Made by a program: the position numbers and the translations under genes. Source: an uncultured Lachnospiraceae bacterium (GTDB lineage: Bacteria; Bacillota; Clostridia; Oscillospirales; CAG-272). Taken from it: a stretch of 64,000 nt of DNA. Location of the stretch: assembly GCA_964521785.1 (NCBI GenBank), contig CAZFTE010000001.1, positions 1,172 through 65,171 of the forward strand. The letters are read 5' to 3'. Under the pieces are notes generated by a model. It was not told the DNA's origin, ran no database searches, and worked only from the letters and a program-made list of their open reading frames with translations. This document shows, piece by piece, positions 19,739 to 29,511 of this stretch (the first letter of the stretch is position 1; each line of letters starts with the position of its first letter).

Positions 19739-20641
19739 TTAGTTTTTGATGACCTTTGAAAGGAACTCTTTGAGTCTGGGGTTCTTGGGGTTATCGAAAA
19801 ATTCATCGGGAGCGGCGCTTTCGCTGATGTTACCATCGGAAACGAAGAGCATTCTCGTTGCAACTTCTCTTGCAAATCCCATTTCATGTGTTACGATAAC
19901 CATCGTCATGCCCTCGTCGGCAAGCTGTTTGATGAGGTCAAGAACTTCGCCTACCATTTCGGGGTCGAGTGCGCTCGTGGGTTCATCGAAAAGCATTACT
20001 TTCGGATTCATCGCAAGCGCACGAATGATAGCGATACGCTGTTTCTGACCGCCCGAAAGAGTGGAGGGATAAACGTCTTTTTTATCATAAAGTCCGATCC
20101 TTTTCAAAAGTTCGGTCGCTTTGGCTTCCGCTTCTTCCTTTGTCTTGAGTTTAAGACGAACGGGAGCGAGAGTCAAGTTCTGCATTACCGTAAGGTTATT
20201 GAAAAGGTTGAAATGCTGGAATACCATACCGATATCGCGACGCGCGAGGTTGATATCGTGCATACTTTCAGAAAGACTTTTCATTATCGCCTTAAATTCA
20301 GATCCCTCATGCTTTTTAAGCAAACGTTCATCAATGATCTTGGAAACGATCTGTTCGTCGGAAAGAGACGGGGCATGGTGTTTTAAAGATGCAAATGTTT
20401 TTGAAGCGATTATAGCTTCCGTATGAAGATACGGATCGGGGGTGGTTACGAGCTGATCGTCGAGCAATATCTCGCCGTGCGTGGGGATCTCCATAAGGTT
20501 CATGCAACGCAAAAGCGTCGATTTACCGCTACCCGAAGGTCCGATGATGGCAACGCGCTCGCCCTTTTCAATCTCACAGCTTACGCCGCGAAGTACGGAT
20601 ACTTCGCCAAATTGTTTATAAATATTCTTAACGTCTATCAC
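19739..20641 (-). CDS. Polar amino-acid ABC transporter ATPase (GlnQ family) with an internal insertion
   Basis: [46 protein letters not shown]. Confidence 0.92.
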   Translation of the reverse strand: MIDVKNIYKQFGEVSVLRGVSCEIEKGERVAIIGPSGSGKSTLLRCMNLMEIPTHGEILLDDQLVTTPDPYLHTEAIIASKTFASLKHHAPSLSDEQIVSKIIDERLLKKHEGSEFKAIMKSLSESMHDINLARRDIGMVFQHFNLFNNLTVMQNLTLAPVRLKLKTKEEAEAKATELLKRIGLYDKKDVYPSTLSGGQKQRIAIIRALAMNPKVMLFDEPTSALDPEMVGEVLDLIKQLADEGMTMVIVTHEMGFAREVATRMLFVSDGNISESAAPDEFFDNPKNPRLKEFLSKVIKN

Positions 20642-21320
20642 TTGTACGAAGTCTCCTTTCGATTTTCTTTATAAAGAATGTGAGGAAATAAACTATTGCG
20701 AGATAGAACAGCGCAACTACCGACATAGGTACAAGGTAGCTTGCCATATTGTTACCGCCGCCGATGATCTTTGCAGCCATCGTAAGGTCGTACATACCTA
20801 TCATGCTGACGATAGATGTTTCCTTGATAAGAGCGATAAGTTCGTTACCGATAGCGGGGATAACGTTTTTGATAGCTTGAGGGATAACGATCCTCATCAT
20901 AGTAACGCTGCCGGGCAAGCCGAGCGCTCTGCCCGCCTCCGTCTGACCGACATCAACGGAAAGGATACCTGCGCGGATATTTTCCGCAACGTAAGCGCCA
21001 GAGTTGATACCGAACGCGATAGTAGCCGTGATGATTTCCGGGAAACCTCTGAATGTAAAGATAACATAGAACATGATGAAGAGCTGGAGCGCCATAGGCG
21101 TACCGCGTATGATCGTTATGTATATCTTGCAAATTATCTTGGGTATCTTCATCCATTTGGAATCTCTTGAGATGGATACCATGGCAACCACTGTACCCAA
21201 GACTAAACCCAAAATAGCTGCAAGAACGGATATTATAACGGTCGTTTTCAAGCCCTCCAAAATCGTCAACATATATTTTTGGGTCGAGAAAAGTTGAATT
21301 ACCTTTTGCAAAAAATCCAT
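20628..21320 (-). CDS. Polar amino-acid ABC transporter permease
   Basis: [41 protein letters not shown]. Start set at MDFLQ. Confidence 0.92.
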   Translation of the reverse strand: MDFLQKVIQLFSTQKYMLTILEGLKTTVIISVLAAILGLVLGTVVAMVSISRDSKWMKIPKIICKIYITIIRGTPMALQLFIMFYVIFTFRGFPEIITATIAFGINSGAYVAENIRAGILSVDVGQTEAGRALGLPGSVTMMRIVIPQAIKNVIPAIGNELIALIKETSIVSMIGMYDLTMAAKIIGGGNNMASYLVPMSVVALFYLAIVYFLTFFIKKIERRLRTSDRR

Positions 21321-21439
21321 TTTTAATTTTCCTAACTGAAATAAATTTGTGCGGGAAAAATCCCCATACAACACGAAAAAGAACTGCGTAATAACACGGT
21401 TCTTTTTCATATTATTTTATATTGTTTGTATTGTTTTTC

Positions 21440-22312
21440 TTATTTGTCAAGACCCATGTGCTTCATAACGAGCTTCTGGATACCTGTCTGACCGTTTTCA
21501 TCGGCAACGAGAAGAGTATCGAGAACTTCGTTTATAGCATTGAGGAGTTCTGTATTGCCCTTTGTTACGCAGATTGCATATTCTTCCTGAACGGGAGCAT
21601 CTTCTGCATCTGTTTCGCCTGCATAGTAAAGGGGAACTGCTTTGAGTTTTGTGTTCTTGGATGTGATGTATTCTGCGGGGAGCTGGTCGATTACAACAAC
21701 GTCAACAAGTTTGCTTCCGATACCGTCAGCTGCGAGCTGTGCATTGTCGAAAGGCTTGTGTGTAGAGTTCGTTCCGTAAAGAACGCCGTCATAGCCGTAA
21801 TCATTGTCAGCCGTAGCGTTGATCTCTCCGTCTACGTAGATCCAACCTGTTGTATCGAGCTGTGTGCCGATGATCTTGCCTGCGATAGTTTCCCAAACAA
21901 CATATTCATCGCCGTTCGCGTTTGTCTTTGTTACGATGCTTTCGTCGTCAGCGGCGAAGATAACGTACTGGATAGATGTGTAGTAGGGCTTAGAGAAGTC
22001 TACTTTTTCCTTTCTTGCCTCAGTGATAGTGATACCTGCCGCGCCTGCGTCGCAAACTTTACCTTCCGCAACGCTATCGATGATACCGGAAAATTCCGTA
22101 TTTACAAATTCGACCTCTTTGCCGAGTTTTTCGCCAACGAGGTTCATAACGTCAACGTCAACACCTTTAACTTCTGTGCCTTCGAAATATTCAAAGGGAG
22201 CAAAAAATGCGTTTGTCTGAACAATGATCTTTTCGGAGCCGCAAGAAGCGAGCGCGAACATCATGCAGAGCATCATAGCAGCTGCAAGAACGATACTGAT
22301 AATTTTTTTCAT
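21440..22312 (-). CDS. Polar amino-acid ABC transporter substrate-binding lipoprotein
   Basis: LASC lipobox, FAPFEY, GITITEARKEKVDFSKPY; GGAGG RBS before ATG 22312. Confidence 0.92.
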   Translation of the reverse strand: MKKIISIVLAAAMMLCMMFALASCGSEKIIVQTNAFFAPFEYFEGTEVKGVDVDVMNLVGEKLGKEVEFVNTEFSGIIDSVAEGKVCDAGAAGITITEARKEKVDFSKPYYTSIQYVIFAADDESIVTKTNANGDEYVVWETIAGKIIGTQLDTTGWIYVDGEINATADNDYGYDGVLYGTNSTHKPFDNAQLAADGIGSKLVDVVVIDQLPAEYITSKNTKLKAVPLYYAGETDAEDAPVQEEYAICVTKGNTELLNAINEVLDTLLVADENGQTGIQKLVMKHMGLDK

Positions 22313-22355
22313 TTTTATGTTTCCTCCATAGTAGTTTTTAAATAGCTTAACCATT

Positions 22356-22384
22356 ATTATAATTTATACTTCTGTATTTGTCAA
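22356..22384 (-). promoter_or_regulatory. Sigma-A promoter
   Basis: Perfect TTGACA-17-TATAAT. Confidence 0.8.
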
Positions 22385-22459
22385 CAGTTATTTTGAAAAA
22401 ATATTCGTTTTTAATGCCGTTTATACGTGTTTACGTGAATAAAGTTGCACGTTTCGCCA

Positions 22460-23833
22460 TTAACGGACAAGTATTTCGGCAATTTCATTCACCGTGCCCG
22501 CGCCAAGTATAAGCACAGTATCGCCTTTTTTTGCTTCGGCTCGTATTTTTTCAGCGGCGGTGCCATATGACCCCGCATATTCGCCCCTCGGCACAACGTC
22601 CGCGAGTGCTTTTGAGGAAACGCCGAAAGTATTCGTTTCGCGCGCGGCATAGATATCGACAAAAAACGTTTTGTCCGATTTATTGAAAGAGCTTGCAAAA
22701 TCATCGAAGAGCGCCGCAGTGCGGGAATATGTGTGCGGTTCGAAAACGCATATAACTCTGCCCTTGCTCATTCTTTTTGCCGCATCTATCGAGGAGATAA
22801 GCTCTTTCGGGTGATGAGCGTAATCGATATATACATCTGCGCCGTTTACGCTTCCTTTTTTCTCGAATCTGCGCGAAAGACCCTCAAAATCGGAAAGCCT
22901 TTTTGCTATATCATACGAAGCTATGCCCAAACGGTCGCAGACCGCGCAAGCGGCGAGCGCATTGTATACGTTGTGCTTGCCCAAAACGGAAAGCTTTACA
23001 TGGCAGAAAGCCTCGCCGCTCTTCAATATGTCAAATTCGGCACAGCCTTCGTTGTATACAATATTTTTCGCCGTATAATCGGCATCGTTTTCTATTCCGA
23101 AAGTAGTCTTCTCTATTCCGTCTAAAGCGGATACGCTGTTTTCGTCGTCGGCGCAAGCAACGACGAACGGATCTTCCGAATCGAACGCAAGCATTGCATA
23201 TTTTCGGAACGAATCTTTAATCTGCTCTATTCCGTCGGTAAAATAATCCGTATGATCGAGGTCGATATTCAATATCACCGACACAGACGGGAAGAAATCC
23301 AAAAACGAATCTTTATATTCGCAAGCTTCAAAGACGAAATCATTGCCTTTGCCCACGCGATAAGCTCCGCCCATCTCCGCCGTTTGCGCCCCGCACATGA
23401 CCGTGGGGTCTTTTCCGCAAGAGATGAGTATGTGCGATATCATCGAGGTGCAAGTGGATTTGCCGTGCGAGCCTGAAACACCTATTCTGGTTTTATACTT
23501 TTTCATAAGATAAGCGAGCGCATCTGCGCGATATATTATCGGCAGACCGAGTTTTTTCGCTTGCACAAGTTCCGGGTTTTGGTCGTTTACCGCGCCCGTA
23601 TATATCACGGCGTCAGCGCCGATGATATTTTCTGCGTTATGACCGTGAAACACTTCTATTCCGCAAGCGCAGAGCTTCGCCGTCATATCGTTTTGCGCCC
23701 TGTCCGAGCCACGCACGACATACCCCTTTGATCTGAAAACCAAAGCTATGCTGGACATACTTATCCCGCCGATCCCTACAAAAAAGAGCGAACGCGCCTC
23801 TTCCAACGCACGAAAAATTTCTTCGCAAGACAT
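22460..23833 (-). CDS. murC: UDP-N-acetylmuramate--L-alanine ligase
   Basis: GIGGISMS, GSHGKST, EACEY, DLDHTDY, DYAHHP, FEPHTYSRT. Confidence 0.95.
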   Translation of the reverse strand: MSCEEIFRALEEARSLFFVGIGGISMSSIALVFRSKGYVVRGSDRAQNDMTAKLCACGIEVFHGHNAENIIGADAVIYTGAVNDQNPELVQAKKLGLPIIYRADALAYLMKKYKTRIGVSGSHGKSTCTSMISHILISCGKDPTVMCGAQTAEMGGAYRVGKGNDFVFEACEYKDSFLDFFPSVSVILNIDLDHTDYFTDGIEQIKDSFRKYAMLAFDSEDPFVVACADDENSVSALDGIEKTTFGIENDADYTAKNIVYNEGCAEFDILKSGEAFCHVKLSVLGKHNVYNALAACAVCDRLGIASYDIAKRLSDFEGLSRRFEKKGSVNGADVYIDYAHHPKELISSIDAAKRMSKGRVICVFEPHTYSRTAALFDDFASSFNKSDKTFFVDIYAARETNTFGVSSKALADVVPRGEYAGSYGTAAEKIRAEAKKGDTVLILGAGTVNEIAEILVR

Positions 23834-24022
23834 ATTAAGACCTCTTTCAATATAAAAAAGTGTTGTTCATATATGCGTAACACAACGGTTACACATACGC
23901 AAAAAAAATTCAAAATTTCATTACCTTTAATTTGAATAAAATTCATAATTAAGTAGTAAAATATAGGAAACGATGAAAAAATCTTCAATACTTAAATCCA
24001 CTACTTTAAGGAGAAAATACAA

Positions 24023-24352
24023 ATGGAAATCACAGACGTAAAAATCAGAAAAATCTTTGAAGAAGGCCCCATGAAGGCCGTAGCCTCCCTCACGTTTGAC
24101 AATGCGATTGCTCTTCACGATGTTAAAGTCATAAACGCAAGAGACAAATATTTTGTCGTTATGCCCTCCAGAAAAAATCCCGATGGCACATATCGTGATA
24201 TCATACATCCTATAAATACACAGATGCGTGCAAAGCTCGAAGAAACAGTTATCGGCGCTTATTTCAAATATATCAAGGATATCGAAGACGGCGTTATTCC
24301 TGCTCCCACATATTATAAGGAAGAAGAACCCGTTGAATCCTTTGCGGACTAA
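24023..24352 (+). CDS. spoVG: SpoVG family nucleic-acid binding regulator
   Basis: MEITDVKIR, MKAVAS, MPSRK..G.YRDI.HPIN. Confidence 0.93.
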   Translation: MEITDVKIRKIFEEGPMKAVASLTFDNAIALHDVKVINARDKYFVVMPSRKNPDGTYRDIIHPINTQMRAKLEETVIGAYFKYIKDIEDGVIPAPTYYKEEEPVESFAD

Positions 24353-24383
24353 GCCCGTACTTGCAAAATTTTCTGACCTCTCT

Positions 24384-24425
24384 AAGATAGTATCCGATAT
24401 TATTATGTCGGATACTATCTTTTTT
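24384..24425 (+). terminator. spoVG terminator
   Basis: AAGATAGTATCCGATAT/ATGTCGGATACTATCTT followed by a T run. Confidence 0.8.
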
Positions 24426-24495
24426 AATGCAAACTCACTGTTGTATCATAATTTCTTTATTTACTCACGGACATTTTTACAGAGCCGTCAATATC

Positions 24496-24536
24496 AAAAA
24501 GGCTTTCCGAAAATAAACTTTCGGAGAGCCTTTTTT
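24496..24536. terminator. Bidirectional terminator
   Basis: AAAAAGGCTTTCCGAAA/TTTCGGAGAGCCTTTTT. Confidence 0.75.
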
Positions 24537-24578
24537 CTCGGAAAACGGTATTTTCGTTGCCTTCGTGAAAAAGCCGCG

Positions 24579-25076
24579 TCAATATCCGAATTTTCCGCTT
24601 AAACTGTCATCGTTGTCTATCCAATCGGCAACGTTATATATCGTATATTCCGTCGGAGTATCGCGAACTATAACGCGCTCTATGCCCGCGTTTATAGCTT
24701 GACGCTTGCACATCATGCAAGAGCAGGTGCCGGACATAAGCTCGCCCGATTTTACATCTATACACGCCATATAGAGCGTTGAACCGAGCATCTGGTCGCG
24801 CGAAGCCGCGATTATCGCGTTGGCTTCCGCGTGTACGGAACGGCACATCTCGTATCTTTCGCCGCGAGGTATGCCCAAATGATCGCGCATACAATAGTTT
24901 ATATCCGAGCAATTTTTGCGTCCGCGAGGAGCGCCGTTATAACCTGTCGATATTATTATATCGTTTTTTACTATAATTGCGCCGAAAGCGCGGCGAAGGC
25001 AAGTGCTTCTGTGCGCTACCGTCTGCGCTATATCAAGGTAATAGTTTTCCTTATCGGGGCGTTTTAATTCTGCCAT
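24579..25076 (-). CDS. dCMP deaminase family protein
   Basis: RSTCLRR, STGYNGAP, HAEANAI, CMMC. Confidence 0.9.
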   Translation of the reverse strand: MAELKRPDKENYYLDIAQTVAHRSTCLRRAFGAIIVKNDIIISTGYNGAPRGRKNCSDINYCMRDHLGIPRGERYEMCRSVHAEANAIIAASRDQMLGSTLYMACIDVKSGELMSGTCSCMMCKRQAINAGIERVIVRDTPTEYTIYNVADWIDNDDSLSGKFGY

Positions 25077-25102
25077 AATATTTCTCCGTAAAATTCAATA
25101 TA

Positions 25103-25846
25103 TTATTTTGCAGGGTCAAATTCGAAAACGGGAAGCGTTTGAAGCTTGAAAAGGTTCATGACATGGAGTCTGTCTATCTTGGCTTTTACCGCTTCGTCCT
25201 CTATTATGCCCTCGCGAATATACTTATCGAGCGCCGCATAGGTAAAACCGAGTTTGTCTTCGTCCGTTTTGCCTGAAAGACCGTCGGAGGGCGCTTTTTC
25301 GATAAATTTTTCGGGAAGTCCCAAATATCTGCCTATCTCTTTTATCTCCGCTACCGTAAAACGGGAAATTGGACCGAAGTCGCCCGCGGAATCACCGTAT
25401 CTTGTGGAATATCCCACCCAGTCTTCCGAAAGGTTGCAGGTATTTGCAACTCTGCCGTTTTTGGACTGAGAGATCGCGTAGAGCGTTGTCATGCGGATCC
25501 TGGGCGGCAGATTTATTTTTGTCTGTTCGGATATCTCAACTCTTCCGCCCAAAGCTTCGTATACTCCTGCAACCGCGGAATGGATATCAACAACAATGTT
25601 CTCTATATCGAGATATTCGCAAAGATCGTGAGAATAGTCGATATCGCACTGTTCGCCGTCGGGCATAAGTACGCCGAAAACTCTTTCTTTGCCGAGCGCG
25701 CGACAGCAAAGAGCCGCCGTAACGGAGCTGTCCTTTCCGCCCGAGATACCTATGATAACATTGCAACCTTTGCCGTTCTTTTCAAACCAATCCCTGATCC
25801 AGGCAATACAGCCGTCAACAGCTTTTTTAACATCGAAATTATACAT
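25103..25846 (-). CDS. nadE: NH3-dependent NAD+ synthetase
   Basis: SGGKDS, RIRMTTLY, GYSTRYGD, PSDGL..TDED.LG; no glutaminase domain. Confidence 0.92.
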   Translation of the reverse strand: MYNFDVKKAVDGCIAWIRDWFEKNGKGCNVIIGISGGKDSSVTAALCCRALGKERVFGVLMPDGEQCDIDYSHDLCEYLDIENIVVDIHSAVAGVYEALGGRVEISEQTKINLPPRIRMTTLYAISQSKNGRVANTCNLSEDWVGYSTRYGDSAGDFGPISRFTVAEIKEIGRYLGLPEKFIEKAPSDGLSGKTDEDKLGFTYAALDKYIREGIIEDEAVKAKIDRLHVMNLFKLQTLPVFEFDPAK

Positions 25847-25874
25847 TATTATCACCGCCTAATATATTTATTTT

Positions 25875-25909
25875 ATCAAGGCTCTTGCTTTTTGGCAAAA
25901 GCCTTGATA
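25875..25909. terminator. Hairpin at the end of the aromatic operon
   Basis: TATCAAGGCTCTTGC/GCAAAAGCCTTGATA. No U-tract in the sense (minus) direction, so read-through into nadE is possible. Confidence 0.5.
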
Positions 25910-25914
25910 TTTTA

Positions 25915-26946
25915 TTAAAGTTCGTCTGCGATATCGAGAATAAGTCTTTCTGTCTTGTCCCAACCGAGGCAGGGGTCTGTGATAGACTTACCGTAAATGC
26001 CTTCGCCGATCTTCTGAGAACCGTCTTCTATGTAGCTTTCTATCATGAAGCCTTTAACGATCTTGCGGATATCGGAAGAGTATTTGCATGAATAAAGCAC
26101 TTCTTTGGCAATACGGATCTGTTCAAGGTACTTTTTGCCCGAGTTGGAATGGTTGGTGTCGATGATGACAGCGGGATTTTTGAGGTCGGGCTTCTTCGCG
26201 TATTCTTCGCAAAGGTGCATGAGGTCTTCGTAGTGGTAATTGGGCATGGACTGACCGTGCTTATTTACATAACCGCGAAGAATGGAGTGAACATATTCGT
26301 TGCCCTGGCTCTCAACTTCCCAACCACGATAGATGAACTGGTGAGAATGCTGACCTGCCGTAACGGAGTTCATCATAACGGAGATATCGCCGCTCGTGGG
26401 GTTCTTCATACCAACGGGGATATTAAGACCGCTCGCCGTAAGTCTGTGCTGCTGGTCTTCAACGCTGCGCGCGCCTACCGCAACATAGGAAAGAAGGTCG
26501 GAAACGTAACGGTGGTTTTCGGGGTAGAGCATTTCGTCCGCTGTCGAAAGACCTGTTTCTGCAAGCGCTCTCATGTGAAGCTCACGAACTGCAACGATAC
26601 CCTTAAATGCATCGGGTTCTTCGTTGGGATTGGGCTGATGTACCATGCCCTTGTAGCCGTCGCCGATCGTTCTGGGCTTACCTGTGTAGATTCTGGGGAT
26701 TATGATAAGCTTGTCCGCAACTTTGTCCTGAACGAGCTTCAATCTGTGAATGTAATCCATAACGGATTCTTCGTTATCTGCGGAGCAGGGTCCGATAACG
26801 AGTATCATTTTATCGCTTTCGCCGTTGAAAACGGATTTTATCTCAAGATCTCTTGCCGCTTTTACCTGTGCAAGTTCCATCGTGAGAGGATACATTTCTT
26901 TGACCTCCAACGGAATGGGAAGCTTGCGTTTGAAATTCATATTCAT
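25915..26946 (-). CDS. aroF: DAHP synthase (class I-alpha)
   Basis: IGPCS, KPRT..GYKG, VGARS, PVGMKN, DTNHSNS, SITDPC. The isoenzyme letter is arbitrary. Confidence 0.93.
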   Translation of the reverse strand: MNMNFKRKLPIPLEVKEMYPLTMELAQVKAARDLEIKSVFNGESDKMILVIGPCSADNEESVMDYIHRLKLVQDKVADKLIIIPRIYTGKPRTIGDGYKGMVHQPNPNEEPDAFKGIVAVRELHMRALAETGLSTADEMLYPENHRYVSDLLSYVAVGARSVEDQQHRLTASGLNIPVGMKNPTSGDISVMMNSVTAGQHSHQFIYRGWEVESQGNEYVHSILRGYVNKHGQSMPNYHYEDLMHLCEEYAKKPDLKNPAVIIDTNHSNSGKKYLEQIRIAKEVLYSCKYSSDIRKIVKGFMIESYIEDGSQKIGEGIYGKSITDPCLGWDKTERLILDIADEL

Positions 26947-27003
26947 AATTATTTACCTTGACCTTTCTTGATTATAGTTTTTTATTAAAATAAAGTTTTG
27001 AAA

Positions 27004-27861
27004 TTATTTTTTATCGAACATTGCGCGACGTTCCGTAGATGTACGCATCATCTTTTTCATTGTTTCCACGTCGTCTGTTTCCATGGCGCGGCGAAGTTTT
27101 TCGAGTTCTCCGCTGAATGCCTTTATCTCGGAAATAAGGATATCTTTGTTGAGCATGAAAAGTTCGCTCCACATATCCTCGTTTATTCTCGCTATTCTTG
27201 TAAGATCTCTGAATGAGTCGCCCGTGTATTTGCAAAGGTTTACGTCATCGTTGCAAGTCATAAGAGCTACCGCTATGCAGTGGGTAAGCTGGGAAAGGAA
27301 GCCTATCATTCTGTCGTGCTTCTGAGGAGAAAGCTCCGAAATATTGCCAAAGCCAAGCATTCTGCCAAGCTCTTTGCAAGTTTCGATAGCATATTCCGTA
27401 TTTTTTTCGGTGGGTGTTACGATGTAGTTGGCACCCTTGAACATTTCTTCGTTGCTGTTTTCAATGCCGTATACTTCTCTGCCCGCCATGGGGTGAGCGC
27501 CGATGAACTCAACGCCTTCGGGAAGAAGCGACTGTATCTTTTCGACGATAGCGCCTTTTACACCCGTAACGTCCGTTATGATAGCGCCTTTTTTGAAATA
27601 TTTTCCGTTTTCTTCTATCCATTCAACAAAAACATGAGGATAAAGTGCAAAAACGGCAATGTCCGCTTCGCCTATCATTTCCGTATCTATCTGAGTAGTG
27701 CCTCTCGCTATCATCTTGTGTTCGAGCGCATAATCTATCGTGCTTTGCTTACGAGTTATAGCAAGGACCTCGTATCCCTGACGAGTGAGGGACTGCGCAT
27801 AGCTACCGCCCAAAAGTCCGAGACCTACGATAAGTATTTTCTTGTTCTTTTCAATTATCAC
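27004..27861 (-). CDS. tyrA: Prephenate dehydrogenase
   Basis: GLGLLGGS, DVTGVK, HPMAGRE, HD..IGFLSQLTH, FRDLTRIA. Confidence 0.93.
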   Translation of the reverse strand: MIIEKNKKILIVGLGLLGGSYAQSLTRQGYEVLAITRKQSTIDYALEHKMIARGTTQIDTEMIGEADIAVFALYPHVFVEWIEENGKYFKKGAIITDVTGVKGAIVEKIQSLLPEGVEFIGAHPMAGREVYGIENSNEEMFKGANYIVTPTEKNTEYAIETCKELGRMLGFGNISELSPQKHDRMIGFLSQLTHCIAVALMTCNDDVNLCKYTGDSFRDLTRIARINEDMWSELFMLNKDILISEIKAFSGELEKLRRAMETDDVETMKKMMRTSTERRAMFDKK

Positions 27862-29065
27862 TTTTAAAAACCTCTATTCCAAGTTTCGTTATCACTTCAA
27901 AAAAGTCGGGATAGCTCTTTTTTACAGCCTGTGCACCAATTATCGTGCCGCCCGTGAGCGTGCATAGCACCGCCATCGACATAACTATTCTGTGGTCGTT
28001 ATGTCCGCAAAGAGCTTCCGTCGGCGCTCCGAAATGTCCTCCCTCAACGATTATCTCATCTTCGCCGACAAAAACGGGAACACCGAATTTTGCAAGTTCC
28101 CTCGCCATAACGACACCTCTGTCGCTCTCTTTTATCTTCAGACGCGCCGTTCCCGTGAGCTTGACTCCGTTTTTAACAGCCGCAACGCTCATAAGTATCG
28201 GTGCAAGGTCGGGACAATCCGAAATATTTATTTCGGGAGTGCCGTTTGAGAGCAATTTGAATTGCTCGATATATGCTTTATCGCCTTGAGCGCTGTCTTC
28301 GCAAAGACCGTCAACCTCTACTTTTCCGCCGAGCAGATCGAGCGCAGACAAGAATGCCGCATTAGAATAATCGCCTTCGACACGTTCGGAAGCAGGAATA
28401 TATTTCTGATCTCCTTTTATAAAGAGCGTGAGTTCGTCTTTCCATTCCGCTTTGACACCGAATCTTTCGAGCGCCTTTATCGTGATATCGATATAGGGTT
28501 TGCTGTCGAGCGGAGGAACTATGCATATCTCGCTGTCGCCTTTAAGGAGCGGAAGCGCGAACATGAGACCGCTTATAAACTGGCTCGAGATATTGCCGGG
28601 AACCGTAAATCTTCCCGCGCGCAACGGTCCGCGGACGCGGATATGGTCGCCCTCGTGAGAAAATTCAATGCCCTGCTCGCGGCAGATATCCTCATACACA
28701 GTCAACGGGCGAGTCAAAAGCTTTTCGCTTCCGTAAAGATTACATTCCGTGTCTTTTACAAGGCAAAGCGGTATAAAGAAGCGCATCGTGCTTCCGCTTT
28801 CGCGGCACATAAGTGCGCCTTTAGGCGCACCGTAAGCATCGCTTTCGCCGAAAATTATATTTTCTCCGTTTTTTTCATATTTTGTGCCGAAGCAAGCTTC
28901 GACACAATCGATGGTGGCAAGTATATCTTCGCTTCCCGCAACGCCCAGCACTTCGCTTCCCTTACCTGCGAGCGCCGCGCATATTATAAGTCTGTGCGCG
29001 AAGCTTTTTGAGGGAGGCGCAAATACTTTGCCGTGCGCCGTGCTTTTTTCTATTCTTACATTCAT
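27851..29065 (-). CDS. aroA: EPSP synthase
   Basis: PPSKSFAHR, ESGSTMRF, SSQFISGL, KESDR, DHRIVM, KSYPDF. Start at MNVRIEK. Confidence 0.95.
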   Translation of the reverse strand: MNVRIEKSTAHGKVFAPPSKSFAHRLIICAALAGKGSEVLGVAGSEDILATIDCVEACFGTKYEKNGENIIFGESDAYGAPKGALMCRESGSTMRFFIPLCLVKDTECNLYGSEKLLTRPLTVYEDICREQGIEFSHEGDHIRVRGPLRAGRFTVPGNISSQFISGLMFALPLLKGDSEICIVPPLDSKPYIDITIKALERFGVKAEWKDELTLFIKGDQKYIPASERVEGDYSNAAFLSALDLLGGKVEVDGLCEDSAQGDKAYIEQFKLLSNGTPEINISDCPDLAPILMSVAAVKNGVKLTGTARLKIKESDRGVVMARELAKFGVPVFVGEDEIIVEGGHFGAPTEALCGHNDHRIVMSMAVLCTLTGGTIIGAQAVKKSYPDFFEVITKLGIEVFKSDN

Positions 29066-29067
29066 CT

Positions 29068-29511
29068 TTAAATTCTCTTTTCTTTTGCGGGTGCCATAAG
29101 AGTATCTATCGCTTCGAGGTATCCGTTGAAGCCATGACCCGCAATGGTCTGTTCGCAATATTCGCGAACATAGCTTATGCTTCTGAAGCCCTCTCTCTTT
29201 GAAACATCGGAGATATGCACCTCTATCGCGCGTATCGCAACGGCTTTGAGCGCATCGAGTATGGCAACGCTCGTGTGCGTGTATGCCGCGGGATTTATAA
29301 CTATGCCGTCGAACTCGCCCAATGCTTTCTGTATCTTTGTTACGATATCGCCTTCATAATTGGACTGGTATATCTCAACATCGACACATTTTTCTTTGCA
29401 ATATGCGTTTATCATATCGCAAAGATCCGCGTATGTGCTTTTGCCGTAGATATCGGGTTCGCGTATGCCGAGCATATTAAGGTTAGGTCCGTTTATAACG
29501 AGTATCTTCAT
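29068..29511 (-). CDS. aroQ: Type II 3-dehydroquinate dehydratase
   Basis: NGPNLNMLGIREPDIYG, INPAAYTHTS, EVHIS. Confidence 0.95.
   Translation of the reverse strand: MKILVINGPNLNMLGIREPDIYGKSTYADLCDMINAYCKEKCVDVEIYQSNYEGDIVTKIQKALGEFDGIVINPAAYTHTSVAILDALKAVAIRAIEVHISDVSKREGFRSISYVREYCEQTIAGHGFNGYLEAIDTLMAPAKEKRI

Noticed and set aside
22435-22450. ARG-box-like GTGAATAAAGTTGCAC upstream of the polar amino-acid transporter
   Set aside because: A single imperfect box about 50 bp upstream of the -35; not enough to call ArgR control or an arginine substrate.
24425-24536. Possible small RNA between two plus-compatible terminators after spoVG
   Set aside because: No convincing promoter. The second hairpin is explained as the terminator of the convergent deaminase gene.
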